Numbered from the stretch's first letter, positions 28,617 through 39,102 are shown. The stretch: DNA of 64,000 bases from a virus (IMGVR_UViG_3300042975_000096); one strand, 5' to 3'. Notes: generated by a model from the letters alone, not told the origin. Numbers and translations are program-made.

Positions 28617-30745
28617 CTAAAGTTTTCATCTGGATTACCAACTACAATCATTTCTTTATCATCAGGTATACCATTACCATCTTTATCTAAATAATTCTTA
28701 TCATAATATGGATTTATCACAATATCTGAACTAAAATATTTTTTTGGTGTATGCTGATATAACGCATTGTGTTTTATTGTTCGATTATAATAATGATAAT
28801 CTTTAAACTTAATTGTATCTTTTCTTGTAAAATTATTAGTGTCTGTATCAACAACTGTTTCATTGTGAACGTGAACATTATCAACAAACGTACACGTCCA
28901 TTTTGTATCTGCAAATTTCATTTGTTCCCATCTTATAATCATATATTCATAATTATAATAACTACGTTCAAATGACATCCATTTATCATACGTATCTACC
29001 ACTTTTAATTGAGGTTGGAAGTTTACCCAATTATGTAATCTATCCTGTCTTGTTTTTGCAATCATTTTAAAATCAAAATTTAATGTAAAACATTCCGAAC
29101 AATCATCATCATGTATCAATAATACCGCTACATCTTTCATTTTGATTTTATCGCACATCATAACATTTTTCTTCCTACAATCAGCCAAACTTATTTTATC
29201 CCACGTTGGAATATTGTATTTATCAAAATCTTTATCAGAATACCATTTCCCCACATAATAAAAATCTAATGGATTTCTGTACCATTTATCTTTATCAAAC
29301 CATGGTCTTATTTTTACAATGGTTTGATATTCCAATCTAATGTCAGGGTCACTATTTTCATATACAGGAAATGCACCAAATACCCAATAACTATTACTTG
29401 CCAATCCTGTAATATTTACTTCATAATCATACATCGCATGAATTGCAGGTATATCCACGACTTTATATGTTCCGTCATCATCATCTGTGATATATTTATT
29501 ATCTTGTTTAAACATAATTCTAACATATTTAACTTTATTTCTAACTTTCAAATTGAAAGTTATTTTCATACTTCGTTTTCCGTCCTCAAATTTTACATTA
29601 TATATATCATCACCAAATGGTTCATATTGAAAAAATTGAGCTGGCATTGATGTATTCCAAAAATATAAATCAGGATAAATATCATGGTCATTTATCCAAT
29701 CTTTTTTAAATAGTTTGCTTTTTATATATGGTTTAAGGAAAAACCTTTTTTTATCATCTGCAAAATGATATGTTTCATGATTTTTAAATTCTTCATCTTC
29801 ATACCAATAATCAATCGAAGGTACGTGGTCTTCATTTAATTTAAAAATCACTTCTCCAAAATCTTTATCTTCTTTGTCTACATCATATTCCGCACGAAAT
29901 GTATCATATGTCTTATAAGTTAAATCATTTTCTTTTATTAGTTTTCTATGTTTTATAAATTTTAAATTAGTAATGTTTTTTGGAATATGGTCAAAATAAC
30001 ATGGAACTAATATATTTGTTTTCATCTCTTTAAAAACCATACCAAACTCATTCAGATATTGTAATTTGTAATAAAAACCTCTACCATCACCCAATTCAGT
30101 ATCTTTTGTTTCAAAATACTTATCTGTTTCAAAAAATAGTTTATATCCTTCTGCATCTGTTGTTTCATCTACAATACTATTGTCTGCTTTTTTCCAAATT
30201 CTCATTGTATATGGAAAATCATAATCTAATGAATCCCATTTCAGATATATATACTGTTTGTGCATAGGGTCAATTGGTATTTTTAAGTCAACCAATTCAC
30301 TAGTAAAAGTCGCTCCCTTAAAATCCTTTAAACATTCTGTATCAAAAATATCAGGCTTCCTTGAACCACAATCTCTACAAAATCTACTAAAAATTAACGT
30401 TGGGTCTTTTGCTACATATTCATTAAACTTCAGAGTTCCTTTATCCTTACCAAATATATTTAATGCCGATTTTACAAAATCATCAGTATAACTAGGCATT
30501 TTTTGTATTTTATCAAATATCAATTTATGCTGAATATGATTTGCTTCATATACATCAATCAAACCATAGCCATTAATCATCATGTGTTCTAATACATGTA
30601 ATTCATGCTGAATGGCTTCTTTATTTATTGTTTTTTCTTTTGCTAGTTTTGATATGTATTCATATTCTTTATCAATAGCGGTACATAAAGGACATTTATC
30701 ATTATGCTCCCAATATTTACCAATATCTAATATGTATTTAGACAC
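28604..30745 (-). CDS. Large putative baseplate/tail protein
   Basis: First gene of the tail-fibre operon; N-terminal CPLC/CRDC, FN3-like beta segments. Confidence 0.5.
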   Translation of the reverse strand: MSKYILDIGKYWEHNDKCPLCTAIDKEYEYISKLAKEKTINKEAIQHELHVLEHMMINGYGLIDVYEANHIQHKLIFDKIQKMPSYTDDFVKSALNIFGKDKGTLKFNEYVAKDPTLIFSRFCRDCGSRKPDIFDTECLKDFKGATFTSELVDLKIPIDPMHKQYIYLKWDSLDYDFPYTMRIWKKADNSIVDETTDAEGYKLFFETDKYFETKDTELGDGRGFYYKLQYLNEFGMVFKEMKTNILVPCYFDHIPKNITNLKFIKHRKLIKENDLTYKTYDTFRAEYDVDKEDKDFGEVIFKLNEDHVPSIDYWYEDEEFKNHETYHFADDKKRFFLKPYIKSKLFKKDWINDHDIYPDLYFWNTSMPAQFFQYEPFGDDIYNVKFEDGKRSMKITFNLKVRNKVKYVRIMFKQDNKYITDDDDGTYKVVDIPAIHAMYDYEVNITGLASNSYWVFGAFPVYENSDPDIRLEYQTIVKIRPWFDKDKWYRNPLDFYYVGKWYSDKDFDKYNIPTWDKISLADCRKKNVMMCDKIKMKDVAVLLIHDDDCSECFTLNFDFKMIAKTRQDRLHNWVNFQPQLKVVDTYDKWMSFERSYYNYEYMIIRWEQMKFADTKWTCTFVDNVHVHNETVVDTDTNNFTRKDTIKFKDYHYYNRTIKHNALYQHTPKKYFSSDIVINPYYDKNYLDKDGNGIPDDKEMIVVGNPDENFSWMP

Positions 30746-30821
30746 AATTCACACCATCCTTTACGTTAAATCTTTTCTAATAATAGAATAGCTTTGCCTA
30801 AACAAAGTATAATTTAACAAA

Positions 30822-30848
30822 AAAAATAAGCACAGTTGTGCTTATTTT
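30822..30848 (-). terminator. Rho-independent terminator between early and tail operons
   Basis: aaaataagcac...gtgcttatttt. Confidence 0.75.
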
Positions 30849-31308
30849 ATAATCCTTCTTGTAAAAATATATATTGTTTCATTTGTTTTATATTAGCATA
30901 ACCCTCAAAAAACATCACTATTTTATCAATTAATGTTTTTGGAATTTTTTCAAACATTCCATATGCATGTTCCCTTAAATTATATGTTTCCTTAATCGAA
31001 AATGTTTTTTCAAAAATAACTTTATGCGTTTTATCATATGCTATTATTTTACAATCAAAATTTTTTGATGCTTCTATATTTTTTATTTTATATGCTATTC
31101 GTATAAAGGTTGTTTTATTTATAAAATAAAAGTAACAATTATACGTTGCATACATATCATATTTCCACGTTTTAAAACAATGCACTCCATATGTATTCCC
31201 CTTTTTATCTGTATAAGAAGTGTTTTCTTTTATCTCCATGTCTTGTGTCAAACTCAAATTAAAATCAACCCTCTTTTTATTTTTATGCTCCCATAACATT
31301 AAAAACAA
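30847..31308 (-). CDS. G-[ILV]-tail family protein
   Basis: Ends IFLQEGL. Confidence 0.7.
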   Translation of the reverse strand: MFLMLWEHKNKKRVDFNLSLTQDMEIKENTSYTDKKGNTYGVHCFKTWKYDMYATYNCYFYFINKTTFIRIAYKIKNIEASKNFDCKIIAYDKTHKVIFEKTFSIKETYNLREHAYGMFEKIPKTLIDKIVMFFEGYANIKQMKQYIFLQEGL

Positions 31309-31702
31309 AATGCCTTAATCCATTCCATGTTTTCTTATCTTTATAAAAATAATCAATCATTGGTGGGAAATATTCATCAAACTTTTTATATATCTTTAAT
31401 CGTTTATCCATTTTATATCGTCCTATATGATTTAATAATCGCATATATTCATATTTTACTTCTGCCAAATTATTTAAATTTGGTCTTTGGTGTTCCAGGT
31501 AAAATAATCCTCGTTTATTAATATTCCCATACTTATCTGTCGTGCCTTTGTAACACGTATACCCTAATGTTAAAACTGTATCGCTATACATTTTAATACT
31601 AGCAATTATTTCAAAATATAAAATGCAATCACCATAATCTATTTTATATCTAATTACTTTTCCTGTCAAATTTGTTTGTTCAAAATCTTTTGTTACCTTC
31701 AT
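31283..31702 (-). CDS. G-[ILV]-tail family protein
   Basis: Ends VFNVMGA; paralog of 31736 (DKRLKIY..FDE.FPP.ID). Confidence 0.7.
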   Translation of the reverse strand: MKVTKDFEQTNLTGKVIRYKIDYGDCILYFEIIASIKMYSDTVLTLGYTCYKGTTDKYGNINKRGLFYLEHQRPNLNNLAEVKYEYMRLLNHIGRYKMDKRLKIYKKFDEYFPPMIDYFYKDKKTWNGLRHFVFNVMGA

Positions 31703-31735
31703 GATTCCTCCAAATGATTATAGCAATTCCATTTT

Positions 31736-32149
31736 CTATATACTTCTTCGATTAAATAATTCATGTCTTAGTATATCCCATGTTTTTGTGTCTGAACAAA
31801 ACTCATCAATAATAGGTGGGAAAATTTCATCAAAATATTGATATATCTTTAATCGTTTATCAATATGCGTTTTCTTTTGAACTTCTAATTTTTTCAAAAA
31901 TTTTTTCTTTATTAATTCCTTATTGCATAATTCCATATTTCTAGTTTGAATAAGAAAAATCGACCTATGAATATATTTTTCATTATCTAATTGATAACAA
32001 ATATATTGAATATCAAACAACTGATTACATTTTTTACTTATTGTTACTTTTATATCCAACATTAAATCAAATTGGTTTTTTTTAAAATCATAATATATAA
32101 ATACATCATTTAATTGTGGCTTTATTTTTACCAAATCCATCTTGTTCAC
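31736..32149 (-). CDS. G-[ILV]-tail family protein (variant tail)
   Basis: Ends LFNRRSI; paralog of 31283. Confidence 0.7.
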   Translation of the reverse strand: MNKMDLVKIKPQLNDVFIYYDFKKNQFDLMLDIKVTISKKCNQLFDIQYICYQLDNEKYIHRSIFLIQTRNMELCNKELIKKKFLKKLEVQKKTHIDKRLKIYQYFDEIFPPIIDEFCSDTKTWDILRHELFNRRSI

Positions 32150-32168
32150 TCTCCTAAAAAAACGGGGA

Positions 32169-33365
32169 TTAATCCCCGTTTTTCATCGCAATAACTACAC
32201 CATTTTTGGATTTTCCTGAAAGCTTCGCCATCGCAGTAAGTCTTTTATCTACTTTTTCCCTCAATTCCTTACTTCTCTTTAAAACATCGAAGTCATCCTC
32301 GCTATATCCTCTATATTCTTTTGTAATCCTCACCATACCCAATTCTGTATTAATAAATACAGCCATATCATTTGCATCAGAACAGTTAACAAATACATAA
32401 TCATCTTCCATTTTCATGGTTAAAAAATTAGACTCTTTACTCATGTATTCATGTAATGGCAGATTTTTGTGAATAATATCTTCTAGAATTCTAGAAGCAA
32501 TCAATCTGTTTTCTGAAGTATTGTTCTTCAAAACAATTGTATAGCAATGCCTAGTATCATCATTATACCAAATATTATCATTATGCACCATATTATAATG
32601 ATAATTCATTCCCAATACAGTATAGAGCTGAATTGTAACGTTTTTATGCTTATAAATAGGTGTAAATATGCGTTCAGATTCCTTTCCCAAAAATATTTTC
32701 AAATCTTTCTTGTTTTCTTCTGTGAGTTTATTCATGTTTTTAAATAACAGAAGAATCTTTTTCTTAAGCTTGATTATTTCTTCGTTTTCACAATCTTTCA
32801 GCATCTTAAAAACATTCGTTCTGTTAATCAAAAAACACTGTTCATTATCATAAATAATAAACTTAGCCGTAGGAATGCTTTCTGTCGTTCTTTCGCTTGT
32901 TGAAATAACAGGAGATGTCAATACTACTGCAAATGCCTGATTACCATTCCTTACAATTACCTTATTATAAATAACGTCTTTTTCTGATTCTGAATCAACT
33001 ACATGTTTCGTTACGGAAAGACCATCCTTTCCCTTGCGTTTCATTTTTTTAATAACGTCTTCCCCATGATAATACGTTGGCATCGAATCCATATCGTAAT
33101 TTTCTCCATAAAAAGAAACTTTTTTTCCAAAAAAATTCTTTAAACAAAATACGGTACGAGAATATTTTGTACTAACTTTTCCTGTCATTAAATCAATTAC
33201 CATAATATTATAACATTCAATCTGATTGTCATTTTTGCTACCTTTAAAAATAACAATTATATCATAGGTATAATACGTATAAATTTTGTGATATATTGTG
33301 TTATCAAAACTATTTTCTCTAACCTCTTCTTGTACTTCTTGTAGGATTTTATTCAATGCTTTCAT
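32169..33365 (-). CDS. Hypothetical early protein
   Basis: 398-aa ORF directly behind a consensus promoter. Confidence 0.65.
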   Translation of the reverse strand: MKALNKILQEVQEEVRENSFDNTIYHKIYTYYTYDIIVIFKGSKNDNQIECYNIMVIDLMTGKVSTKYSRTVFCLKNFFGKKVSFYGENYDMDSMPTYYHGEDVIKKMKRKGKDGLSVTKHVVDSESEKDVIYNKVIVRNGNQAFAVVLTSPVISTSERTTESIPTAKFIIYDNEQCFLINRTNVFKMLKDCENEEIIKLKKKILLLFKNMNKLTEENKKDLKIFLGKESERIFTPIYKHKNVTIQLYTVLGMNYHYNMVHNDNIWYNDDTRHCYTIVLKNNTSENRLIASRILEDIIHKNLPLHEYMSKESNFLTMKMEDDYVFVNCSDANDMAVFINTELGMVRITKEYRGYSEDDFDVLKRSKELREKVDKRLTAMAKLSGKSKNGVVIAMKNGD

Positions 33366-33390
33366 AACTCTGCCCCTCTCTTTTGATTTT

Positions 33391-33419
33391 ATTATAACAC
33401 AATATATTCATAATGTCAA
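33391..33419 (-). promoter_or_regulatory. Sigma-A type early promoter
   Basis: TTGACA-N17-TATAAT with TG. Confidence 0.85.
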
Positions 33420-33634
33420 CAACTTTTTAACTTCATTATCATAATATTCTTTTTCGCAATCTTTACAATCCTTTTCGAAAACATATATGGCGTTTCATTT
33501 TCTAATCTTTCCACAGGAAACTCATATATATTTTTACCCAAATATTTAAAATAAAAATTTTCATTTTGAGTATAAGAATTTGATACCTCTAATATATTAA
33601 CGCCAAACCTATCATATGTAATTAAAACTACCAT
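33416..33634 (-). CDS. Hypothetical protein
   Basis: 72-aa ORF coupled to the upstream gene. Confidence 0.55.
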   Translation of the reverse strand: MVVLITYDRFGVNILEVSNSYTQNENFYFKYLGKNIYEFPVERLENETPYMFSKRIVKIAKKNIMIMKLKSC

Positions 33635-33636
33635 TT

Positions 33637-34035
33637 TTATATTCCTTTCATTAAAAATATTTTATTTAATAAATACCACTTATATTTTGTTTCCATATAT
33701 TGAACCAAATATTGTCTCAATTCATTATTTATATTTATTTTCGTTCCACGTAACATTGAATTTATATTTATAATAAATTCCTCATAAGTCATTTCATCGC
33801 TATTGAACCTATAATAGGATAAACCTTTTTTCTTTTTATTTGTAAGATTTGAAAAAGAAAAACGTATGAGAGTTGATTCAGAACCATATTCATTTAAATA
33901 CCCAAAAACATATGAAGCAATACAAACGCTATATAATGATTGTTTTGTTTGTATCTTTAATGTCAATTCATGTAATGCCCTATCATCATAGCTTACAGAA
34001 TAGCTATATAGTTCTTCACAAACACCATACTTCAT
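33637..34035 (-). CDS. G-[ILV]-tail family protein
   Basis: Ends IFLMKGI; paralog of 34919 (MKYG.C.E). Confidence 0.7.
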   Translation of the reverse strand: MKYGVCEELYSYSVSYDDRALHELTLKIQTKQSLYSVCIASYVFGYLNEYGSESTLIRFSFSNLTNKKKKGLSYYRFNSDEMTYEEFIININSMLRGTKININNELRQYLVQYMETKYKWYLLNKIFLMKGI

Positions 34036-34038
34036 TTC

Positions 34039-34479
34039 TTATATCCCTACTTTTTTAAATAACGACCCTTTTATTTTATCCTTCGTAAAATACATATCCA
34101 TTATTTGTTCTACTTCTTTTCTAATTTCATTTTTGGTTTCATCATTAATAATGATATCATCTATATATTTATGAATGTTCTTTCTGAATTCTAAATCTTC
34201 AAATTCATTATTTTCTTCGTCATTAAATGCATAACTTCTTTTGTGCTCATAATAATAATTCGTCTTATTCTCTTTAGAAAAAGATTCATGGTTTGAATTA
34301 GTGTAAAACTGATAATAATTTATCTCTACACAATAATCTTTACTTAAATCTAAAGTGGAATCTTCAAAATAATATGCCAAATATAATTCCATAGTTATTT
34401 CAATTAATCCATTAAAATCGAAATAAAATGTTAAATGTCTATCATCATCTTCGGATTTCTTTGATAAATACATGCTCAT
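34039..34479 (-). CDS. G-[ILV]-tail family protein
   Basis: Ends LFKKVGI. Confidence 0.7.
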   Translation of the reverse strand: MSMYLSKKSEDDDRHLTFYFDFNGLIEITMELYLAYYFEDSTLDLSKDYCVEINYYQFYTNSNHESFSKENKTNYYYEHKRSYAFNDEENNEFEDLEFRKNIHKYIDDIIINDETKNEIRKEVEQIMDMYFTKDKIKGSLFKKVGI

Positions 34480-34500
34480 ATTTTTCTCCCCTTTTATTTA

Positions 34501-34529
34501 ATTATATCATAACTTTTCATTTTTGTCAA
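34501..34529 (-). promoter_or_regulatory. Sigma-A type early promoter
   Basis: TTGACA-N17-TATAAT, next to a terminator hairpin at 34539-34567. Confidence 0.85.
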
Positions 34530-34566
34530 TAAAAATAAAAAAGCTAACCATAATTGTGGTTAGCTT

Positions 34567-34913
34567 TTAAACACCATCTGCCAAAAACAATATATGATTT
34601 ATTTTATTCTGATTCAATAATATCTGTTTCGCCAAATGTTTATCTCTCGAATCAAATAAATCTATTACCGTTTCTATAATATCACTCATAATATCATCTC
34701 TTACTGTTGATATCCATTCTGTCGTAAATGGGGCTTTGAATTCATTTTTATAATCAATATACCACATTAATCTTAATCGCCCTCGCAAATCAGATTTCTG
34801 TACATTATAAATGATATGTAATTCAATTCTTCTTTATAATTATTATTTTTCGGATTAGAATAAATAATGTTTACAATGTGTTCCTTGAAATCTTTTTTTG
34901 AATAGTAATACAT
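34567..34913 (-). pseudogene. G-[ILV]-tail family protein with one frameshift
   Basis: ATG 34913 MYYYSKKDFKEH... and a second frame RIELHIIYNVQKSDLRGRLRL...LFLADGV; break near 34833. Confidence 0.55.
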
Positions 34914-34918
34914 TTTTA

Positions 34919-35317
34919 TTAAACCCCACTTTGTAAAAATATTTTATGATACATTAATCCCTTATATTTTTCTTTTACATATTGTGTTAAATGTTCTCGT
35001 AATTCACTTTCAATATCTATTTTTTCTCTGCTTAATATTTTTTCTAAATTCAAATCTAATTCTTTATCAATGAGCCTTTCTTGAAAAAAACTATAGTATA
35101 CAGATGTTATAACTCTTTTTGTTTTATCATCTTGAAAATAAAAACGTAAAAATACTAGTTTTTCACAAGTATTAATATACGAATTAATATTTAATTCAAT
35201 AATAACGTTATATGACATTTTTTTCGTTTTAATTAGTAATGTCGATTTATTATATATATTACTATCTTTATATTTGCAATCCTCTTGCTTTTCATCACAT
35301 ATTCCATATTTCATCAT
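34919..35317 (-). CDS. G-[ILV]-tail family protein
   Basis: Ends IFLQSGV. Confidence 0.7.
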   Translation of the reverse strand: MMKYGICDEKQEDCKYKDSNIYNKSTLLIKTKKMSYNVIIELNINSYINTCEKLVFLRFYFQDDKTKRVITSVYYSFFQERLIDKELDLNLEKILSREKIDIESELREHLTQYVKEKYKGLMYHKIFLQSGV

Positions 35318-35324
35318 ATTTCCT

Positions 35325-35705
35325 CTAAATTCCTACTTGTTGAATAATATATTTACGAGCTTGATTAATATAATTTTTTCCATAAATGTAATTGATGGTG
35401 GCATTAAAACATTTATCATATGTTTTATCCCATGCATGAATCATATTTTCCCATTTTTTCTTCTGCCTTAATTTAATTACAATGCTTTTTGTATCAAACC
35501 CTAGTTCCGTTTCTATAAACGTTTCTACCAAAGAATCCTTTTCACCATCATTCATTATAATGGTTAATGTGATTAATGCTAATCCTGGCTTAATTGAAAT
35601 TAATGTTACTTTCATTTTATTATCATTTTTTAATGGTACATATATTTCCATTTTCTCCATATCTTCGTTAATGCGTTCTTCCAAATCTTGCCTCACTGTT
35701 TTCAT
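35325..35705 (-). CDS. G-[ILV]-tail family protein
   Basis: Ends YIIQQVGI. Confidence 0.7.
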   Translation of the reverse strand: MKTVRQDLEERINEDMEKMEIYVPLKNDNKMKVTLISIKPGLALITLTIIMNDGEKDSLVETFIETELGFDTKSIVIKLRQKKKWENMIHAWDKTYDKCFNATINYIYGKNYINQARKYIIQQVGI

Positions 35706-35951
35706 CTCTTTTCTTTTCGCATTAATATACTTTGGAACAATCCTTATTTTTTTCTTCCATCAGTAAGAAAATATAGTTTTTGGATTATTTCTCATACTTT
35801 AATGTGTATGTCCTAGTAACAGTAGCGGTTTTTTCCTACTGCTTATCTTCTACTTACACAATATATTGCAACTATCAATCTTACTCTTAGTAGTATATCA
35901 AAAAAATCTTTCTCTCTAACAACAAGAAAATATATTTCGTTTTCTTCTCTA

Positions 35952-36383
35952 TTAAATACCTATTTCTTTTTTGACTTCTTCCTCTATCATTCTTGTTAAA
36001 TAATCTAGGTTTTTGGTGATTGCTTTATCTTCAAATTGATTATATAATTTTTCCTTATCTTGCTCATTCATTTTATTTAGTATTTTGTGTATTTCATCTT
36101 CCCTATATTTAATGGTGGATGGCAATTGCTCCCAATTATTAAAATCTTCTCTCGCACGTCTTAATAATCTTTGGATATTATTGTTATATACAATATCCCC
36201 ATAAGCCCACATATCGTTATTTTTATAACTAAAATACATACATATGGATTTCGTTTTTAGGTCATATATGCTTAAAGTTAAATATATACAAAATGTCATT
36301 GTCTTATTTATTTCAATGGATATTTTTTTTGTGCATTCTTCTTTTGTTAATATTTTGTTTACATCCCAAAAGTTATTTCCCAT
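35952..36383 (-). CDS. G-[ILV]-tail family protein
   Basis: Ends VKKEIGI. Confidence 0.7.
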   Translation of the reverse strand: MGNNFWDVNKILTKEECTKKISIEINKTMTFCIYLTLSIYDLKTKSICMYFSYKNNDMWAYGDIVYNNNIQRLLRRAREDFNNWEQLPSTIKYREDEIHKILNKMNEQDKEKLYNQFEDKAITKNLDYLTRMIEEEVKKEIGI

Positions 36384-36751
36384 TTCCTTCGCTCCCCTTT
36401 CATCATATCAGAATATTCTTCTTCCGTCGTTCTAGAACATAATTCTATGAATCGCTCTCTTTCTGCTTTCCTTAATATCGTTATATCATTTATCGCAGTT
36501 CGTATATCTTCAAATGATTCATAATTAAAAAACTTGCTTAAAAAATTATTATGCGCAGTAAATATTAATAAACGTACTTTTGGAGAAAATCCAAAAGTAG
36601 TATATATGTTCATATATATGTATTTCGTTCCTTCTGAAATAATTAACGTTGATTGTATCGTAAACTCTCCATCTTCTATATAGTCACTTACTGTTTTTAA
36701 ATGCCTATAATAATAAATTTCTTTTTTTATATGTACCCATTTCGTTTCCAT
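36359..36751 (-). CDS. G-[ILV]-tail family protein
   Basis: Ends WEITFGM. Confidence 0.7.
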   Translation of the reverse strand: METKWVHIKKEIYYYRHLKTVSDYIEDGEFTIQSTLIISEGTKYIYMNIYTTFGFSPKVRLLIFTAHNNFLSKFFNYESFEDIRTAINDITILRKAERERFIELCSRTTEEEYSDMMKGERRKWEITFGM

Positions 36752-36781
36752 TTTTCTTGCCCCTTATTTGGAGATGAAGAA

Positions 36782-37255
36782 CTAATTGCCATGAAGTAAA
36801 AAAATTTCATGCATTAATGCTTTTACTGTGTTTTCATAATCTAAGTTCATTAATAGCTTTTTCGTTTCTCTTATCATATTATAAAAATGCTCTTGCTTTA
36901 CAATTCCTTTTTCTATTAGACCTTTATGTAATCTTTTCCTGGTTAAAATTAAACTCGTTATATCCCCTATCAGTTGAATCGGTAATAATTCTTCCTTTAC
37001 TTGATATTCTATTTTACTTTCTTCTATACTGTAATTAAATGTGCTCATCATTTCATGTATTTTTTTATCACCTATAATTACTCGTATCATTAATCCTTTA
37101 TATTCATAATAACGAATATAAATTTTTATTTCCCATTCTTCATATTGATATGATTTGCATGATTCTATTATGCTCCATCCTAATGGCTTTGAAGGTGTAA
37201 ATAATGTCGGCATAAGGTTCATATCCTCCGTTCTAGGGGTTATTTTATATCCCAT
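36782..37255 (-). CDS. G-[ILV]-tail family protein (variant tail)
   Basis: Ends IFLLHGN. Confidence 0.7.
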   Translation of the reverse strand: MGYKITPRTEDMNLMPTLFTPSKPLGWSIIESCKSYQYEEWEIKIYIRYYEYKGLMIRVIIGDKKIHEMMSTFNYSIEESKIEYQVKEELLPIQLIGDITSLILTRKRLHKGLIEKGIVKQEHFYNMIRETKKLLMNLDYENTVKALMHEIFLLHGN

Positions 37256-37655
37256 ACTTTTTTATATAGGATTTTTTAACTGATTCATGTATGGATTTTA
37301 ATCTTCGTATTTCATTCTTTTTTTCTGTGGTTAATAAATCATTTAATTTCATCGTTCCTATAGTTTGCCCATTGGTCACTTCTAAATTCCATAACTCATT
37401 GAAATTAAATGGTTTTCCTTCTTTATCTAATGATGACAAAATTATCTTCTCTATTAGACTACTATCATATCTTTCATTCTTATATATAATTATAGAAGTG
37501 GATAATATACCTTCTTTCGGTGTTACTATACTTTCTATTAATATAGTATAATTCTCTCTTGCTTTCCATCCATCTATAATATAAAATCGTTCCCCATTCC
37601 ATACTTCTGTCCAATTGTTTTTGTTTACATTATATGTCGATATTCCAAATGCCAT
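37245..37655 (-). CDS. G-[ILV]-tail family protein
   Basis: Ends YIKKYGI. Confidence 0.7.
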   Translation of the reverse strand: MAFGISTYNVNKNNWTEVWNGERFYIIDGWKARENYTILIESIVTPKEGILSTSIIIYKNERYDSSLIEKIILSSLDKEGKPFNFNELWNLEVTNGQTIGTMKLNDLLTTEKKNEIRRLKSIHESVKKSYIKKYGI

Positions 37656-37738
37656 TCGTTACACCCCATATCGTTATATATATGCTATATAGATAATCCT
37701 ATATAATGTTCTTTTTTTGACCGGATTTTACTATATTT

Positions 37739-37767
37739 ATTATAACATTTATAATGATTTTTGTCAA
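37739..37767 (-). promoter_or_regulatory. Sigma-A type early promoter
   Basis: TTGACA-N17-TATAAT with TG. Confidence 0.85.
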
Positions 37768-37983
37768 CTAATTTTTAAAAATAATTGTTGACTTACTTAG
37801 ACCTTCATAGAGCGATTTTGTTTTATAGGGTATATAGTTGTATGGATTGTGTGCTTAAATGCTCTCTATGCTAATTCCTCGAAGTATTATCGCTATAGTA
37901 CGATTAATAAAAAAGAGAACTGATTCAAAAAGTTCTCTTTTCTTTGTATATTTATTTTTCTTCCCCATGTCGCAAAAATAAAT

Positions 37984-38009
37984 GAATTAGTATATATATA
38001 TACTAATTC
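37984..38009. repeat. Perfect 26-bp palindrome with a TA-repeat centre
   Basis: gaattagtatatatatatactaattc. Confidence 0.8.
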
Positions 38010-38410
38010 TAAAATAGTGGATGATTGTTATAAAGTATATTTAGTGACTGAAAAATGGTTCTTATATATAAGTGAAATTATAAAGTACATGGATTCAAAA
38101 AGTGGAAGTACATAAGTAGCTGATTATATAAATAGAGAAGTATATAGACATAAAATAAAAAAGTGGAGGCAGATGGTAATATATTAAACTATATAGATTG
38201 ATTAATTTGTTTTGCATTATTTATAAAAGTATATAGAGTAAAAAATTCTATATAGAAGTGGATGATAAAAAAGTGGAGGTATATAAGCAAATAGATATAG
38301 GTTTATTAACCATGGATTCAAAAAAGTGTATAAGTGGAGAAGTATGAAGTGGATATGTATAAAGTAGAAGTGTATAAAAAAGTGGAGGATAATTGTAATA
38401 TATCAAGTAT
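38010..38410 (+). repeat. Non-coding AAAAAGTGGA iteron-like array 2, homologous to array 1
   Basis: GTGGA cores at about 38017, 38102, 38163, 38258, 38273, 38334, 38349 and 38382; shares tgactgaa..aaatggtt and gtaatatattaaactatat with 12005-12330. Confidence 0.75.
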
Positions 38411-38418
38411 AGGTAAAT

Positions 38419-39069
38419 TCATTTTTCATATATAGATATTACCTTATCATAATTAATTTCCCAAAAAACGGCTTGTATATTCTTTTCTTTATATCGGCAA
38501 TAAGGATTGTTATCATTCAAATCAAAAACCTTATCCCATGAATTTACTATTTCTTGTTGAAACATTTTAGCCATTCCTTTTTCCTGTGGCGTTAAAGTTT
38601 CTATATATTGTGGATTAAATATATCCAGCTCTTTTAATCCACATTTTTTTATTGCATCGCTAAAGTCATCATCTTCTTTTTGCGAATCAGAAATATATGC
38701 GCCATTTAATACAATTGTCCATATATCTGCATCAGACAATAAAACCTCATTGTCATTTTTGATTAATTCCAATAAAACATTATTTTTTCCTATTGAGTAA
38801 TTTGGTATTGTATCTATCCATCCTTGACCTTTTTGTTTGCTATTAACACCATCTATTGCATACCATGCCCAGCGAGGATATTTAATGGAAAATTTTGGTT
38901 TTGTTTTTTCTTCTAATTTTGATGCCATAAAATCATATGCCATTTCAAATTTATAATATTCATTTGCCATACAGTTTTTATTTTTATCATCGCATACGAG
39001 CCTAGATTCTCGCTCTAACGTGTTTAATTCATCTTTAGTAATAACTGTCCATAGGTTCAAATAAATCAC
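38419..39069 (-). CDS. DUF3841 family protein
   Basis: LWTV...AYDFMA...YPRWAWY...EVLLSDADIWTIVLN...IQAVFWEI. Confidence 0.8.
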   Translation of the reverse strand: MIYLNLWTVITKDELNTLERESRLVCDDKNKNCMANEYYKFEMAYDFMASKLEEKTKPKFSIKYPRWAWYAIDGVNSKQKGQGWIDTIPNYSIGKNNVLLELIKNDNEVLLSDADIWTIVLNGAYISDSQKEDDDFSDAIKKCGLKELDIFNPQYIETLTPQEKGMAKMFQQEIVNSWDKVFDLNDNNPYCRYKEKNIQAVFWEINYDKVISIYEK

Positions 39070-39102
39070 CTTACAATCAATATACGGCTAGATAAAGGCA
39101 TG

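Noticed and set aside
37805-37870. Imperfect long hairpin catagagcgattt...aaatgctctctatg as a possible ncRNA
   Set aside because: Single imperfect instance with no supporting promoter or second copy in the window.
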